DNA of 63,441 nucleotides, counting the filler, from Cercozoa sp. M6MM (lineage: Eukaryota > Protista > Endomyxa: Ascetosporea): assembly GCA_040357565.1 (NCBI GenBank). It is 9 parts of 9 records of this genome, joined end to end, with 100 filler letters (N's around TTAATTAATTAA, not from the genome) between each part and the next. Parts side by side here need not be neighbours in the genome. Positions count along the whole stretch, not along the records: positions 28,303 to 43,191 come from JBDODJ010000319.1; 8 more parts are not named here. One strand, 5' to 3'. The first letter of the stretch is position 1, and the number at the start of each line of letters is the position of its first letter. Shown here one piece after another: positions 29,252 through 42,935 of the stretch. The position numbers and the translations under genes were made by a program. A model generated the notes under the pieces. The model was not told the DNA's origin. It searched no databases and was given only the letters and a program-made list of their open reading frames with translations.

Positions 29252-32200
29252 TCAGTAGGCCGTTGTGCTGTCACCAAACAGCTGCACAATGGCGTCGTTG
29301 TGCGGGTTCTCCGGCGGCAGCAGGCCCCAGCGCACAACGTCCGCCCTAAATAATACACATACATACATGCATACATACATACCTGCATCACCTACACATA
29401 CATAGGTATAAAATTGTAATGTGTACCACACAACGTCGGCAATGAGCGAGAGACCCGTGTTACTCGGGTGGAAACTGCGCGCATGCCACAGAGTGAACCT
29501 CGTGTATTGAGCAAAAAAGAGCACGGGTACCCATCGATGGGATCCACGAGGTCACTGTGCGGACCGTCGTACAGGTCAAAGGCGCGCTGCACCCAGCCCG
29601 GACGCACAGCAAACACGTCAATGTTCAACATACGCGGCGCCAGAGCCTCCACCACGCGCTGTCAGACAGGCATTATATACAACTCCAGTTGGCATCTACA
29701 AGTGAACGTGTACAAACGTACCACAGCAACGGCACTGAGGGCATCGGCATGCTCCTGCGTGGCCTGACGCACCTTGGCCTTAGAGGTGAGCCAGCCGCTG
29801 CACGGGTTGTCGTGCATGCACTGTCATACATGGCAAAGCTAAGTGCAAGTACAAGGCGACAAGAAGGACGAAAAGGCTACGTTGAGGAAGTCGTAGAAGT
29901 CCTTGTACTTCATGCCGAGCGGGTGCATCTCCTCGGCCATCGAGTCGTACAGCACCGTACCCTCGGCCAGCGGCAGCACCACCACCTTGCTGCCAGGCGG
30001 CAGTGTCGCGTCCAGGTGCGCCAGACCCTCGCGCAGACGCGCCTCGAAGTCAGCTTCGCTTGTCATCGTGCTCTTGCTGTACAATGCATACATCTATATA
30101 TATCTGCATATATATATATATGTATATATACAATACCATAAATAAAATAGACAAAGAGATAAGTAAATAAATAATACAGAAATATATTATAAATACAGTA
30201 GTAGATACAACAAGAGTTACGGGTCCTTGGCGTGCACCGAGCGCGCATTGCACACGTCGTTGCCCACAAAGGCCGTGAACATCAGGAGCCTGCATGCACA
30301 CACAAAAAACACATACACATACACATACACATAAACACATACACATACACATAAACACATACACATACACAACAATACAGCAGAATAAAACAAAGGTGTA
30401 CGGTTCATCATCGCGACGGCGACGAAAGCTGCGGAACGCGCCGACGCCAGGAATCCACGCGGTCGACTTGGCTACAACAAGGGCCCATCAAGAAAATGAC
30501 CCAAACTCGTCGTATTCGAGGTGGAGTACCGCCATTGACGGACCAGTTGTGGTAGTCACCACGGATGCAGCGATTGCGCTTCAGCATGCGCTGGTAGATA
30601 CTTTCAACCGGACGCTTGTTGGGCGGACAGAGCCTACAAAGCGAACCCAAGGGTGCAGAAAGAAACGAAAAAACACATGAGGCGGTACATGTCATCGTTG
30701 GCCTGCTCAGGCGGCACAGTGCCCGTCACGAGCGAGCACTGCGGCCAGTCGAACTCGTTTTGCAGCGTGTGCACCAGGTTGTTGAAGCTGTAGTGCTTGC
30801 CATCCTCATCATGCAGTGCGAACTTCTTCGGGTTGAGCCACTTCTCAGGAATGGCAAAATGTGCGCCAGCCGAGTCGCTCAGGATGGCCACGCCCATGTG
30901 CGGCGTGTCGGCACACCTGCAACCACAGAGTCACATATACCTTGTGCTTCTTCTCGAACAGTAGTGAGAGACAGTAGTGAGAGACAGTAGTGAGAGACAG
31001 TGGTGAGAGACAGTGGTGAGAGACAGTAGTGAGAGGTACAGTTCGCTCTGGAAGTCGTTGCCAGTGCGCGGATTGACGCCAAAGATGCCGTTGCAGTTGT
31101 GATCGACCGTGACACCGCCAATGGCGTGGCGCTGCTTGCGACTGCCCGGGTACACGGCCGGGTCCTTGTCGTTGCAGTCGTGGCCGCTCCAGTCGCTGCC
31201 GCGGAAGGTACGGAACGGGCCAAAGTCGTCGCCATCCTCGTCGATCAGAGGCAGATGGTCCTCGAACACGCGCTCGGCGTTGGCGTCCTTGCCGTCACCA
31301 CCTATACAATTTATAGATACTCCGTCTATATTACAGCGTACCTATATATAATTATATATATATATAGATATAGTTGCAGAGAGAAAGTGATCTCACCATG
31401 CAGCAAGAAGGCGAGCTGCTTCATGTCCTCTTCGAAAGAGGGACGCGACACCTGCTCCGCGTCGCTGAAGACGTCGGCGATGCCTTCGGACAGCACAGCG
31501 TCCTCACCGGCAGACTCAGCGGCAGCATCCTCGGCAAGGATGCGCTCCAGCACCGAGTCCAACAAGCGGCGCGCCACCTCGTCCTGCACGTCGTGCTGCT
31601 CCAGGTGCTGCTCCATCTCGGCCTCGCTGGCAAAAGCTTCGAACAGGTCGTCAGCCCTACCAACAATTCACCTTAAACACAGATACAAAAGACAAACAAA
31701 AATAAAACAAAGTATGTTGAAATAAACACAAATAGTAAGTAGACAAAATCAAAATGTACAGATATAAATTACATCCCGACAATAAAAAATTGCGAGAACA
31801 AATGTACATGGATGCAAACGAATAAACAAAAAGGTATAAAAAGTGGTGTACGGGCGTGGCGGACGCTTCGGGTAGCCCGGAGGCGGCCACTTCTTCCAGG
31901 CCTTGCACTTGTTGTACACAGCCGAGCACTGCAGCGACACCTTGCACGACGTGAGCGGCGACATGCCGAGCTTCTGAAGTTCGTACGCGGCACGGTAAGC
32001 CAGATAGACCATATCGCAGTAGCCGCGCAGTTCGACCGGCACCTCGTTCTTGCAGTAGTTCTTGAACGACTTGCGGCCCGGCTTGCCCTTCTCGAGGGCA
32101 AACATGCCCATGATGCCCACAACCAGCTGGCACGTCTCGCAGTTGTCCTATAATACAAACGTACTCAAGTCCTGCCACAATGCTTCACGTGAGTTACCTT

Positions 32201-32466
32201 GGCAGACTTGACAAAGTGCGGCAGTGTCTTCTCCAGCGCCTCTTGCTGAGTCGGACTCAGCTTCTCCCAGTACTGAGGCGGCACGGCTTGCTTGGCACTC
32301 AAACCGGGGCCTTCCTCCACTGCAATGAATAAAACATCCAGACCATGAGGTCTGACTGGACGAGTTCTGGCTTTTCGGTACCCTGCTTGCCACGCAGCTG
32401 GCCCAGCGGCAGCAGGAAGCCTTGCGCCGCGGAGGCGCCGAGCAGCACCGCCGATAATAAGCGCAT
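29252..32466 (-). CDS. AOAH: Acyloxyacyl hydrolase (signal peptide, saposin-B domain, SGNH lipase)
   Basis: Signal MRLLSAVLLGASAAQG; saposin cysteines; HLPLIDEDGDDF..FRGSDW.G.DCND..VYPG, DHNCNGIFG, ILSDSAGAHF, SIYQRM..RNRC..DY.N.S.NG, VGNDVC, DG|FHP, ENPHND.I.QLFGD all match AOAH. Confidence 0.95.
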
Positions 32467-32821
32467 GCTACCCAGATGCAACACAAAGTAACACAACACA
32501 GATGATGCGCGAAATGACAATCAGCTTTCTGACAACACAAAAACAGCGAAGTCAGCACGTGCGTAATTCCGCCTGTTCAACAGGTGTTTGTCCACAAAGA
32601 TACCTGGTGTACAGTCAGCAGTGCCCAGGCAGTGCGTCAAAATGAGGTTTGTGTGGCCGAGTCGCCGAAAACAGAAAAATGGGTCACTGATTTGGCACTG
32701 GGGATCGATCATTTGAGACCGTCGAATGATCACCTCAGAGAAACGCTTGTGTCAAAAACACGAGCTGCGTTGATCTGCGAGAGACTTCTGCTGCTATTCG
32801 GCGCACCTTTCAGAGTCACCG

Positions 32822-33957
32822 ATGTAGGTCCCACAGTTGCCTTTGGTTTCGCTGAGCTTCCCTCTGGTTTTTTGACAGGCAAACACAAAGACGAAAGTCG
32901 AAGGAACTGCCTCGATTTAAAGTGGTTTTAGTTGGCGATGGCGCAGTAGGCAAAACATGCCTGCTTGCGGCGTATACGACTCGGACCTTTCCTGGTGACT
33001 ACGGTAAAAATACTGTATCGGTGCAGATGTTTGCCCTTGAGGAATATGCCTTTAGTGCCCACCGTGTTCGACAACTACGACGTGACACTGCAGGTGGACG
33101 GACGCAAGGTTCTGCTGTCCCTGTGGGACTCTGCAGGTGCGTTTTTTATGTACAGGCAATTGAACCTTTCCCAGTTGACACACTGTAGGCCAAGAAGACT
33201 TTGATAGACTGAGGCCGCTCGCTTATCCGGACACGTAGTTTGTGGATACCAGTGGGCCAGTGTTCCCACGACATCGATTAAGTTCCTGTGCGATTGTAGC
33301 TCTTGTTTCATCGTATGCGCTTCAGCAGAGCACACGGAGTCGCTCAACAACGCGGCAAACAAGTGGCTTCCAGAGATACGACATCACTGCGGCCAGTCGG
33401 TGCCCGCTTTGGTACTGCGGGAGCTCACAGTCTTGTCTTGACGCATCTATTTAAATTTACATAGATATATAAAAGAGACATATATTTCTGTTTTGTACAT
33501 ACTGGATACAGATGTGGTGTTTACACGTATACAGATGTGTATACAGTAAGTTTATGGACACTCGTAGATGCACACTGGATAACTGATCAAAAACTATTTT
33601 TTAGCTCGCCATCACCAAGTGGGACCGCAGGCCGGACTCGGCGTCGGAGACGAGTGAGTGCGCCAGTGACTTTGTGACCAACGAGGCGTTGGACGACACC
33701 GCGCGTCACTTCTTCAACAAGAAATACCTGCCCAATTCTGCACTTTCCATGGACGGAGTGGTATTCTTGCAAAACTATCGGCATCTTGAGCCTTCCCCTA
33801 TAATTTACTCTGTCGATAGGACGAGCTGTTTATGGAAGCTGCGGTTGTAAATTTGCACTTTTTATCTCCTGGATGTGGGACACATGCTGCTGTACCAAAG
33901 GCTGCCGCGATGGCATCGGGCTCGTTGCACAAGCGCCGCCTTTGTGCGATAATCTGA
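32822..33957 (+). CDS. Rho/Rac family small GTPase
   Basis: AT|[35 protein letters not shown]|[13 protein letters not shown]|[26 protein letters not shown]..|LAITKWD..NSAL..|..HKRRLCAII* (CAAX box). Confidence 0.93.
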
Positions 33958-34275
33958 ATTTGTAAGATAGAACTCGGGCCTGCTGCCTGTCTAGTCATCA
34001 GGTTCCACTCAACTAGGAGTGTTTAATAATGGGACAAAGTTTGTATATGTAATTTATGCTTGAGCCCAGTCACAGAAAACTAAAAGCCGAGGAAACGTTT
34101 TATTAAATCAATTGTCTAAAACTTCGCGTTTCGTGCGCATTTTTGTTGTTACACGCAGCCAAAGAGTCTATCCTCAGTGCTAACTACACGCTGGGTTGCA
34201 CAAGACAGAACGGGCCGCGAATCTCTCATATTATTTTTGTTTCCCCGAAAGCGCGACTTTGTGACTGAACGAACG

Positions 34276-34636
34276 ATGAGTGACACGTCTTTGCTTCTGC
34301 AGACACAGGAACAACTCGAGCAGCGGCGTCGACGGCTGCACTTGATTAAATCTCGTCTCGGTGTGTCGTACATCCCACACCTTCCCGTCAGTGATATGTG
34401 TGTGGGTGTTGTTGGTTGAGCAGCGAAAAGAAAGCGCAAAGGAATGAGTCCGAGATCGCAAATCTGGGTGCCGATTGAGTTCAGGTGCCGCATTGTTCGT
34501 TTCTAACCTGACAAAAGTAGTATTATTCTACTTTCATCTTCTCAACAGATTTCAGTCCGCTGACCGAGCACCAACTGACGCCGAGCTTAGCAGTCTGTAC
34601 GACCGCATCTGTGCCCAGTTTGACGCTCTCCCGTGA
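34276..34636 (+). CDS. Hypothetical ~77-aa protein (3 exons)
   Basis: MSDTSLLLQTQEQLEQRRRRLHLIKSRL|AAKRKRKGMSPRSQIWVPIEFR|FQSADRAPTDAELSSLYDRICAQFDALP*; intron phases are consistent. Confidence 0.55.
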
Positions 34637-34921
34637 CGTGATTTTGATTCAGTCAATTTAACTAGGATGGCATAGACATTGTGTTGATACTTGTCAGTGA
34701 AAAGAACTAAATAAAAGAAGTAAGTTGTCAATTCAATCTACAGGACAGGCTTTCAAACAGGTTTAAACTTAGTCACAGCTCTATCGGCAGTAGTACCGCA
34801 GAGCCACAAACTCCGAACTCTTCTTTCTTTTGCTTGAATGATGAGACCAACTGGTCTGTCTGGGTTCACCCCTGCGGAGACTACATAATCTGAGTATGTA
34901 ACAATGTGATAGCAAATTAAT

Positions 34922-36379
34922 TCAAAAGTCAACGCCGAGGTCGCCACCAATGTGTTCGTACTGCATCTTGTGAAAGTCTAGATCGTCGACGGACTCGAAG
35001 TATCGGTGGTAACGAAACTGCATCACATGGTACATGTCGACATCTTTGTCGAGCACGACTCGGCCCTCTTTCCACCTTGAGACAAAGTCATGGAATGTAT
35101 TTCGTTCTTCCATGTATCTAGCTCTCCTTCTATCCGGGTGCAGCTGCGGCATCTCCTCTTTTACCAGTTGGCGCAGTTCGATGAGAGCGCGAGCTCTCCT
35201 ATCAAAACAAGGATACAGCCCAAGCGGTCTAAAGTTAAAATTGAATATACCGCAAAGCATGGGAGTCAACGCTTCTATCAGGACGTCTTTCGGGTGGTTT
35301 TCGTACGAGCTTACCGTCTCTTTCCTCAAAGTCATCACTTCGATCTCCTGGACCAAGCGGATGGTGCAAGTCCTCCAAAGGAAGCCGATTTTCCTACCCA
35401 ATGACCGTACGAAGCACTAAATTGGAGCAATAAAAATGCAAATTTACTTGCTGTGCAACAGTCATGATGGAACCCGGCATCCGACGCGGCAGCTGAATGT
35501 GAGACAGAAAGAGTCCCAGCAGCTCACCAGCTGCATGAGCACCGCTCACATCTTGCTTCCATTGATCAGCTGCTCTTTGCAGCAGCAACGTCACTTCCTT
35601 CCACCGTTTGTGCAGCACAAAATGCAGCTCTGCCGAGCTGTGTCCACAAGAACGCGAAGCGTTGAAAAACTAAAGAACCATAAAGACTGCAGAAAACGTA
35701 CTACACGTTGGTGTAAAACAGCGGTTCGAGTGCGTCTTTCAAGGCAGTGTGGGCGCACGCACGAAGGTCACGAAACACCGCTCTCATTCCAAGAAGTATC
35801 GGAATGATATCGTCGTGCGTTTCGAACGTGGTTTTCGCAATGTCGTCAAAGAAGCAGTTTGCGTGCTCTCGTGCAAGCGAAGCGAACCGAAGCTCGAGGC
35901 AGTTTCGACTCGGATCCCCCGGTCGCCAATGATGGTCAATGTCCTCAGGGTCGTGCTTCACATGCCGCACGACAGAAGCGTTGATTCCTGTCCACAGCGC
36001 GAGGACACGATGGGAATCGCCGAGCTTCACGCGGAACTGCTGCAAACCCAAAATTATGGGCAGAAGCAAGACGAACCGGAGAAGCGACCAATACTGAACT
36101 GACTTTGTGTCATGTGCTTTCCCTAAATCTAATCGCTTCATTGTGCTTCCCTGACATAAATTTACTCTCTCAGGGACAATCCCGCACTTGGCCTCTTCCG
36201 CGAGGAGGCGGGAGAATACCCGATCAGTATGTTGTAAAACACTTTCCGGTCCCTCGCGGTGAAGTACGTAATGCTTTTTGTATTTATGTGATGCTCGTCA
36301 GCTTGCCCTGCACCTCCACCGTCCAGGAAGGAGCCTGTTCGTACCTGCGGTGCTGGGCGCCCTGGCCGAACGAGAGCAT
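34922..36379 (-). CDS. Hypothetical protein (start uncertain)
   Basis: Long coding-like exons 34922-35418 and 35706-36100 with GT-AG boundaries. No family recognised. Confidence 0.55.
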
Positions 36380-36477
36380 TGGGCTCTGATCGGATCGGCA
36401 GAGCCCACGTGCACGCAAGCTCCGACCCGACCCCGCACCAAACAGACTCACAGTGCGATAGGATAGTGCTAGCTGGC

Positions 36478-39400
36478 ATGAAATTGCTGGCCGGTGCGCT
36501 CTTAGGCGCCGGTACAGGAGCTTGTGTGTGTGCAGAGTTGTGTGTGTGTGTGTTTTTTTTGTCTGTTTTTTTTTCTGTCTTTCTTCTCATCTCTGTGTAT
36601 CCGCAGCTACAGTGGCGGCGGCGCCCTTCTACACTGAGGAACATGTTGTGGAAGGCGGTGAGTACTCCTCTTGGCTGACACTGTTGCGTTGGATTACGTG
36701 ATTGAAGCGCAGACACGGCGTTGTTCACGCTGAAAGCGACTGCTAGTGAGACGTTCGACACCAGCACTTTCAACGATATCTTCACAGGTTTTAGCAACGG
36801 TGCTGCTGAAGTTATTGGTGCGAGTTCAAACACGACTCACCTGGTGTTCCGTGTGGCCTCGGATAACGTCCCGACCGTAGCTTTCTCTTGCCCACTTCAG
36901 TTTTTGCGTGGTGATCCTTCCTGTGTGACTTGGGCACAGTTGTCCTCTGTGACTCTGAAATCCGGTTCGGGCGCCGAGGAATCCTTTACCATCAGCTACA
37001 CGCCGACGGTTCTGGACTACGGCGTGCAAGCATCGCTTAGTTTCGCTGTAGAATCTCGTTTTTTTTTTGTCTTTTTGAAATCAAATACTGTGCGAATTTT
37101 GCTTTCACAGGATGGTCCCCCGAAAATGGTTGTGGACGTTTCTTTTACCCAAGAGCCGATCTGGGCTGAAAGACTGCGTCTCTCGGCGGTGTTGCAGCAC
37201 CAGGTGAATTTTTCTTTTTTTAACGATCTGGTTCATTTGGTATTCTCTTTGTTTTTAGGCCATGAGCGAGCCTTTGCCCTCTGATGTCGAGTCTGTGACT
37301 GACCAGGGTCAACTCCTGGGCTCAGCCAATTACAATGAAATCAACGCGACGCACGGCACCTTCACGTACACGTTTGGCAATCCGACCCGTCAGGGTAGTG
37401 TTTTATAAAATGTTTTTGGTTTATTCGCCCCAATGACTCACGATCTTGTGTGACAGGCTGCTTCCGCGTGGCTGTTGCTCCTACGATCAAGGACGGCACC
37501 AAGGGCACCGTTAGCTATGCTCACGGATGCCAGTCGACGCCGGCGAATGCTCTGAAGATCTCTTCGAACACTGTGATTCGCGGTGAGCTGTTTTTATGGA
37601 TCAATTTTGTCTATGACTTGTTGCATCACTTTGATTTGAGCAGGCGAGAACTCGGGCACAGTGGAACCGACGGTTCAGCTGGCCAGCGGATTCAATCCGG
37701 CGCTGATGAGTCGCGTAAATAGCTTTTGTTTGTTTCAATTGCCCAGTCGGACTGATGATTGGTATGTGTACAGCTGAAGGCCAAGACGTACCTGTACCTG
37801 GAAACCGGCAGTAACTTTGTGTCGAACACGAGCTACACGGAGATTTCGTCGTCGAGTGCTGTGCAGCTGGACGTGATCACTTTGACGGGCTCGAGTCTCG
37901 GCTATGCCGTAACAATTGCTCTTTGTTTTGGTTCGGGTGCTTTTGTTCGTTTAATGTATTTGTTTCCTTGCAGACCACGGACAATCTGGTGGTGTCGACG
38001 ATGTACTACATGACGTTTGACGACACGGACAACACCAAGTCGACCAAGGTGCACACGACTGACACGAATCTCCTGCGCGTGTACGAGCTGCCCAACAAGG
38101 TGTGCTCCTGTCTGTCCTTTATGTGAACAATCTGTATTTCGCTTTGTGTTTGTATGTTAAAGTCTAAAAGTATGTTCAAGTTCAAAAATTGTGTTGAAAT
38201 GTTCGTGTTCAAATTTGAGTTAGTGTTTAAAATTTAAAGTGTTGCTTTAATTCAAGTTTGTGTTAAAGTTTAAGAGTTTTGTTTCTATTCCAAGTTTGTG
38301 TCCGGCATTTTACGTGCTTTTAATAATGCTTGCTTCTTTACCGCGTTATGTGTCGATGTGTTTGTGCAGTCGGTAAAGACGGGACAGTTTACGACAAGCA
38401 CGTTGGTGCAGCACGGCCACACTGTCGACGTGGCGGCGACGCCGCTCAACGTGACGAGCGAGTTTGAGTCCGGCCAGCTCTACGTGACAAGCGACAGCGG
38501 CCTGGAGGAAAGTTTCGGCGCTTCCATCTCCGGTAGCATCTCCATCGACCTTTTTGTACGCATGTGTTGTGCTTATTGTGTATTGCTTATTGTGTATTGC
38601 TTATTGTTTACAGTTGGCATGCAAACTGAGCGCACGGGCTCGTTCCAGAAACTGCAACTCGGCGGCGACGGTGCCAACGTGACCGTTGTGCTGCGTCGCT
38701 CGTCCTTCTTCTTCGATAGTACCGTTTCGTTATTCCTTTCAACTTACCCCCCTCCCCCTCCCCCTCCCCCTCCTTCTAATCGGGTCTGTGGCAGCGCCGG
38801 TGAATGACACGGGCGACTCGCCGAGTCTCACGATCCAGGCTGCTCCCGGTAAGGTGAGCAACGTCTCGGTGCTGCGCAAGGTGGGCTCGCAGCGACACCT
38901 CGTCGTCTCCTTCACGGCAGCGACGGACGCTACGTCGTATCTACCCCTTACTCCCTCCCATATCCCCTTGACCCCCCCCTGGTACAGGCACAACGTGACC
39001 TATGAAATGGGCTCAAGCGTGTACAACACGACGCTGTCGACGGGCGTTACTACGTTCGAGTTCGAGTGCACGGAGCCGGTGTGTCAGGTCACGGATATTA
39101 TCGGACTGAGCGAGGTGTACCCGAGTGGTGGCGCCAGTCTCGAACCATCGGACATGGCGGCCTTTGAGACAGTGCGCGGCTTTGAGAGCGCTCCCGGACC
39201 CTTCAGTCTGCAGGCCGATAATGTCACCGGCACTCTGTCTCTTGAAGTGTCCGATGGCTACACGGTCCATCAGGACACACTCGAGTACGCTGGCAAGGTG
39301 GCTACGCCTGGCTCAGGCATGCCGGCGGACCTTGTGACTACTGGCTACACGTCGGCTTCGCTGGTATGTCGTCCCCTCTACCCTACCCCGCCTTAACCCT

Positions 39401-41467
39401 ATGCCTCTACCCATCTTTACCCCTATACCCCCACCCTACCCTATCCCTTTACCCCCGACCCCGCAGGTGTCGTTCACGTTCGCCGAGATCGCGAATGCAG
39501 CGCTGACCATTGATGCCTCGGCCGTGCCCGAGGGAACGTTTGTGGCTCACTTCTACGGACAGGCACGGTCCACATGGACCAACAACGAGTCTGCTGCCAT
39601 GTCTGTCGCCTTTGTCGTCGCTCCGGTTATGCCTGTGGTCGGTGTGTTGCTCCTGCACCTTCACCTCCTATATCCTTACTTCCTGTCCTTTACTCCCTGT
39701 CCTTTACTTCCTGTCCTTTACTTCCTGTCCTTTACTGTCTATCCTTTACTTCCTATCCTTTACTTCCTGTCGTTTACTTTCTATCCGTTACCCCCGTAGA
39801 GTCGTACGAGTACAATATGGAGGGCCAGAATGCGACGGTGTCGTACAGTGACTCGCGAAACGTGATCTTCCGCGATGATGTGGTCAAGGTCAAGGTGAAC
39901 GACGGTGCCTATGGTGATGCCATGCCTGTCACGGGTCTCGGTGACCAACGCAGCTTCACCTTCCCACTGACACTGTCGGTTGGCGCATGTGCCAATGTCA
40001 CCTTTGCTGTCGACACGGCCAATGGGTACTGTTTCTTAAGAAGGTGGGGGGGGGGGTTAAATGTCTCTGTTGTGTTCAGAACACTGACGGGCGAGTCGGA
40101 AAAAACCGAGTTCTGCGCGCTGCCGACGCCGGTGTTGTCGGGTAGAGTTTTACCCCCTGCCCCCTGCCCTACCTTGGTTACTCCCGTTTGCGCAGGACAA
40201 TGGGTGGACCGATCAGAGAGCACGTCGCCGGCCGTGAAGATGACATGGCAGGCTGTTCCTCTGGCTGACAGTTATGCCGTCAGGGAGGTCGTGGTAGCTT
40301 CGCTCCCCCTTGCTTCTTACCCCTTTATCCACTCCTGTTAGGGCGGCACGCCCAACCTGCGGAAAGGAATCACAGCGACGTCGCTCTCGTATCCGGCTGC
40401 TTCGAATGTGTACGAGATCTCGGTGGCCGTGGAGAAGAACGGCGCCATGGGACCCTTCTCGAATGTTGTGACGGCTGACCTTTCCACTGTCAAGACGGTG
40501 CCTATCAAGACGGTGCAACATTCTTACCTCCCCCTCCTTACTCCTCTTACCCCCCCCCCCCGAGTACACCCATCTGAGTACAGTTGGAACTGTTGACGCC
40601 GCTGCCGCTGGTGATTGGGCCGTCCAGTCCGATTCCCGACCTGACGTTCCGCGCGGCGTGGGACCTGCCGACTGATCCGATGGCACAGCTGCCGACCACC
40701 ATGTGCCTTGCTTTCTCGACACCTATCCATATATCTGTATACATTTATCTTTCGAGACATACCCTTGATTGATGTAGATATATATATATATATGTAGATT
40801 TTATACCAGAGAGATATTAGATAGTATATATAAACTGCAGATAGTATATACCGGTTTATCGACACTCAAGCATGTACATGAATGAGGTGTGTGCGCAGGG
40901 TCTTGCTGCAGAAGAACGCGTCACTTGTGGCCTCCTGCGAGACGTTCCCGCAGAACGCAACGTCGTTCAACATGACCGTATCTTTGAACGACTTCCCGCC
41001 GTTGACGTGGTAGCGCTCCCTTACCTCGCGACCCTGCCCCGCGACCCTACCCCTCCTTGATCAGGAACGTAACGGCAATGTCGCAGTACTATTACCAAAA
41101 GTCGGGCAACACGGTGTCGCTGCAGTCGGTGATGCTGCACGTGCTGCCGCCCAAGGCAGGCGAGGTGGTTGTCAACGTCGACTACAAGAACCGTCAGTCG
41201 CCCGGCATTGTGTCCAGCTACGATCAGTCGCTCGGTGACGGTGTCATGTCGCACCTGACCAACTACGAGACGGTAGCTCTTTACCCCCCCCCCCCACCGC
41301 CCCCCCCCCCCCTACTGTATATGTGTAGGTGCTGGTGAAACTGGTCGATGCTCGGTGTGGCAGCACGTTGATGACCAAGACGCACAACTTGTCGTCGGTC
41401 CTCACGCCGGCGCAGTTCAACATGCCTTTCTCGATGCAGGAGGTACCCCAGACAGTAAACATTGGGC

Positions 41468-41512
<45 letters not shown>

Positions 41513-42935
41513 TGAGTGAGTGAGTGAATGGGTTACACCGTGTAGATCTACGAGTCGAGCGGCAACACGACGAGCCTGCATGGCTACGAGGTACACGTGC
41601 GCGTAGAGAACAGTCTAACCGACGCGTCAACATTGTCGTCGACGTTCGAGGGACCGCAACCGGCGACGGAGGGACCGCAGGTCAGTGCTCGTCTTGTGTA
41701 CGGTGGTCGTGGTGCCATGGTCAATGCCACTGGTATCCTTACTTTTACCCTTACCCTTTATTCTACCTTTACCTTTACCCTGCCTTTTACCCTATTTTAC
41801 CCCTGCTCCCTACCTCTACCCCTATTCCCTCCCCAGCTGCCTCATCGAACGTGGCGTTGTCGTCGATGGCGCTGTCGCTCGTGATGGGCAACGCGTCGCT
41901 CGTGAACCACACGGCCACGTTCAACTCGAACGATGTCAACGTGACGCAGTTCTTTGTGTCGCTGGCACCGGAGGAGTGCATCGACACGGCCAATGCCACG
42001 CAGAGCAACCTGATGTTCGAGTCGCCTGTGTCTTCGACCAACCTGTCAGTGTGTGCGCCTGCTGCGCCCACTGGCAGTGAGTCCAGTCTCGTGCAGGTTA
42101 TCCTGCATCTGACTGGCGTGCAGCTGCCGGTACGCTCATTCTTCCCTTGACCCGCCTCTTTACCCCCCTCCCCCTCTAGGCCGCCGGCACTAATGCGTGG
42201 TTCGACCTGCGTGATAAGTTGCGCGACGAGATTGCCGCCTTTGTGCAGGTAGTCTGAGTTCCCCATTGCCCTGGTTTCTTCTCCAAGCCCATATGGACAG
42301 GCTGGTGCCGATACGGAGGTGCGTGTTGTTAAACTCGAGGCCTACACTGGTAGCACTGGTAGCACTGGAGAGGGTTGAACACGTGTGTTATGTCGAGTAA
42401 TCGTGTTATGTTGAGTCATCATGTTATGTAGAGTCGTCGTTGCTGCTGGACGTGGCTGGCGGTGTGGAGGTGACGGCACAGGTGGAGGGCCCGGGTGCCC
42501 CGGCATCGCTGGACGCCTTTGTTGATGCCTGCACGGGCACGGGCGCCTCGCCGAGCGGCTCGCTGCTGAGTCAGCTCGAGTGCTCGACCGACGAGTCGAC
42601 TCTGCCGTTCGTGGCGAACCCGCAGCGCGTCGAGGAAGCGCCGCGTCCCACCGAGCCGGCCGAGCCGACAGACGACGGCTTCAACAACGACAGCGGCGAC
42701 GATGCCGACTGGTGGATCTTCCTTATCGTGGCCGGTGCTCTTATCGTCGCCTTCTTCCTGATCTACACGTGCTTCTTCCGCGAGGGTGGCTTCAGTTTCG
42801 GCTCCGACTCTGACAAGGTACACGCACCGCCCTCTCTCGGTCCTCCTCTAGTTATTATCTACCTTCCCTTAGGCGCATCGTCACGCCGAGAACGCCGCCA
42901 TGGCCGAGCTCGCCATGCAGAACACGGAGGTGTAA
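36478..42935 (+). CDS. Large type I membrane glycoprotein with FnIII-like beta-sandwich repeats and a short cytoplasmic tail
   Basis: Signal MKLLAGALLGA|ATVAA; S/T-rich beta-strand ectodomain with many NxS/T sites; FnIII-like motifs (APGKVSNVSV..LVVSF, VKMTWQAVPLADSYAV, YEISVAVEKNGAMGPFS); TM WWIFLIVAGALIVAFFLIYTCFF; tail ends ..MQNTEV*. Roughly 25 or more introns. Confidence 0.8.

Noticed and set aside
34550-34636. FDX-ACB-like C-terminus (FQSADRAPTDAEL) in the 77-aa gene, tempting to link with the BMT5-like gene as a split FDXACB1
   Set aside because: Only ~25 aa of resemblance, the rest of the domain is missing, and the genes are on different contigs.
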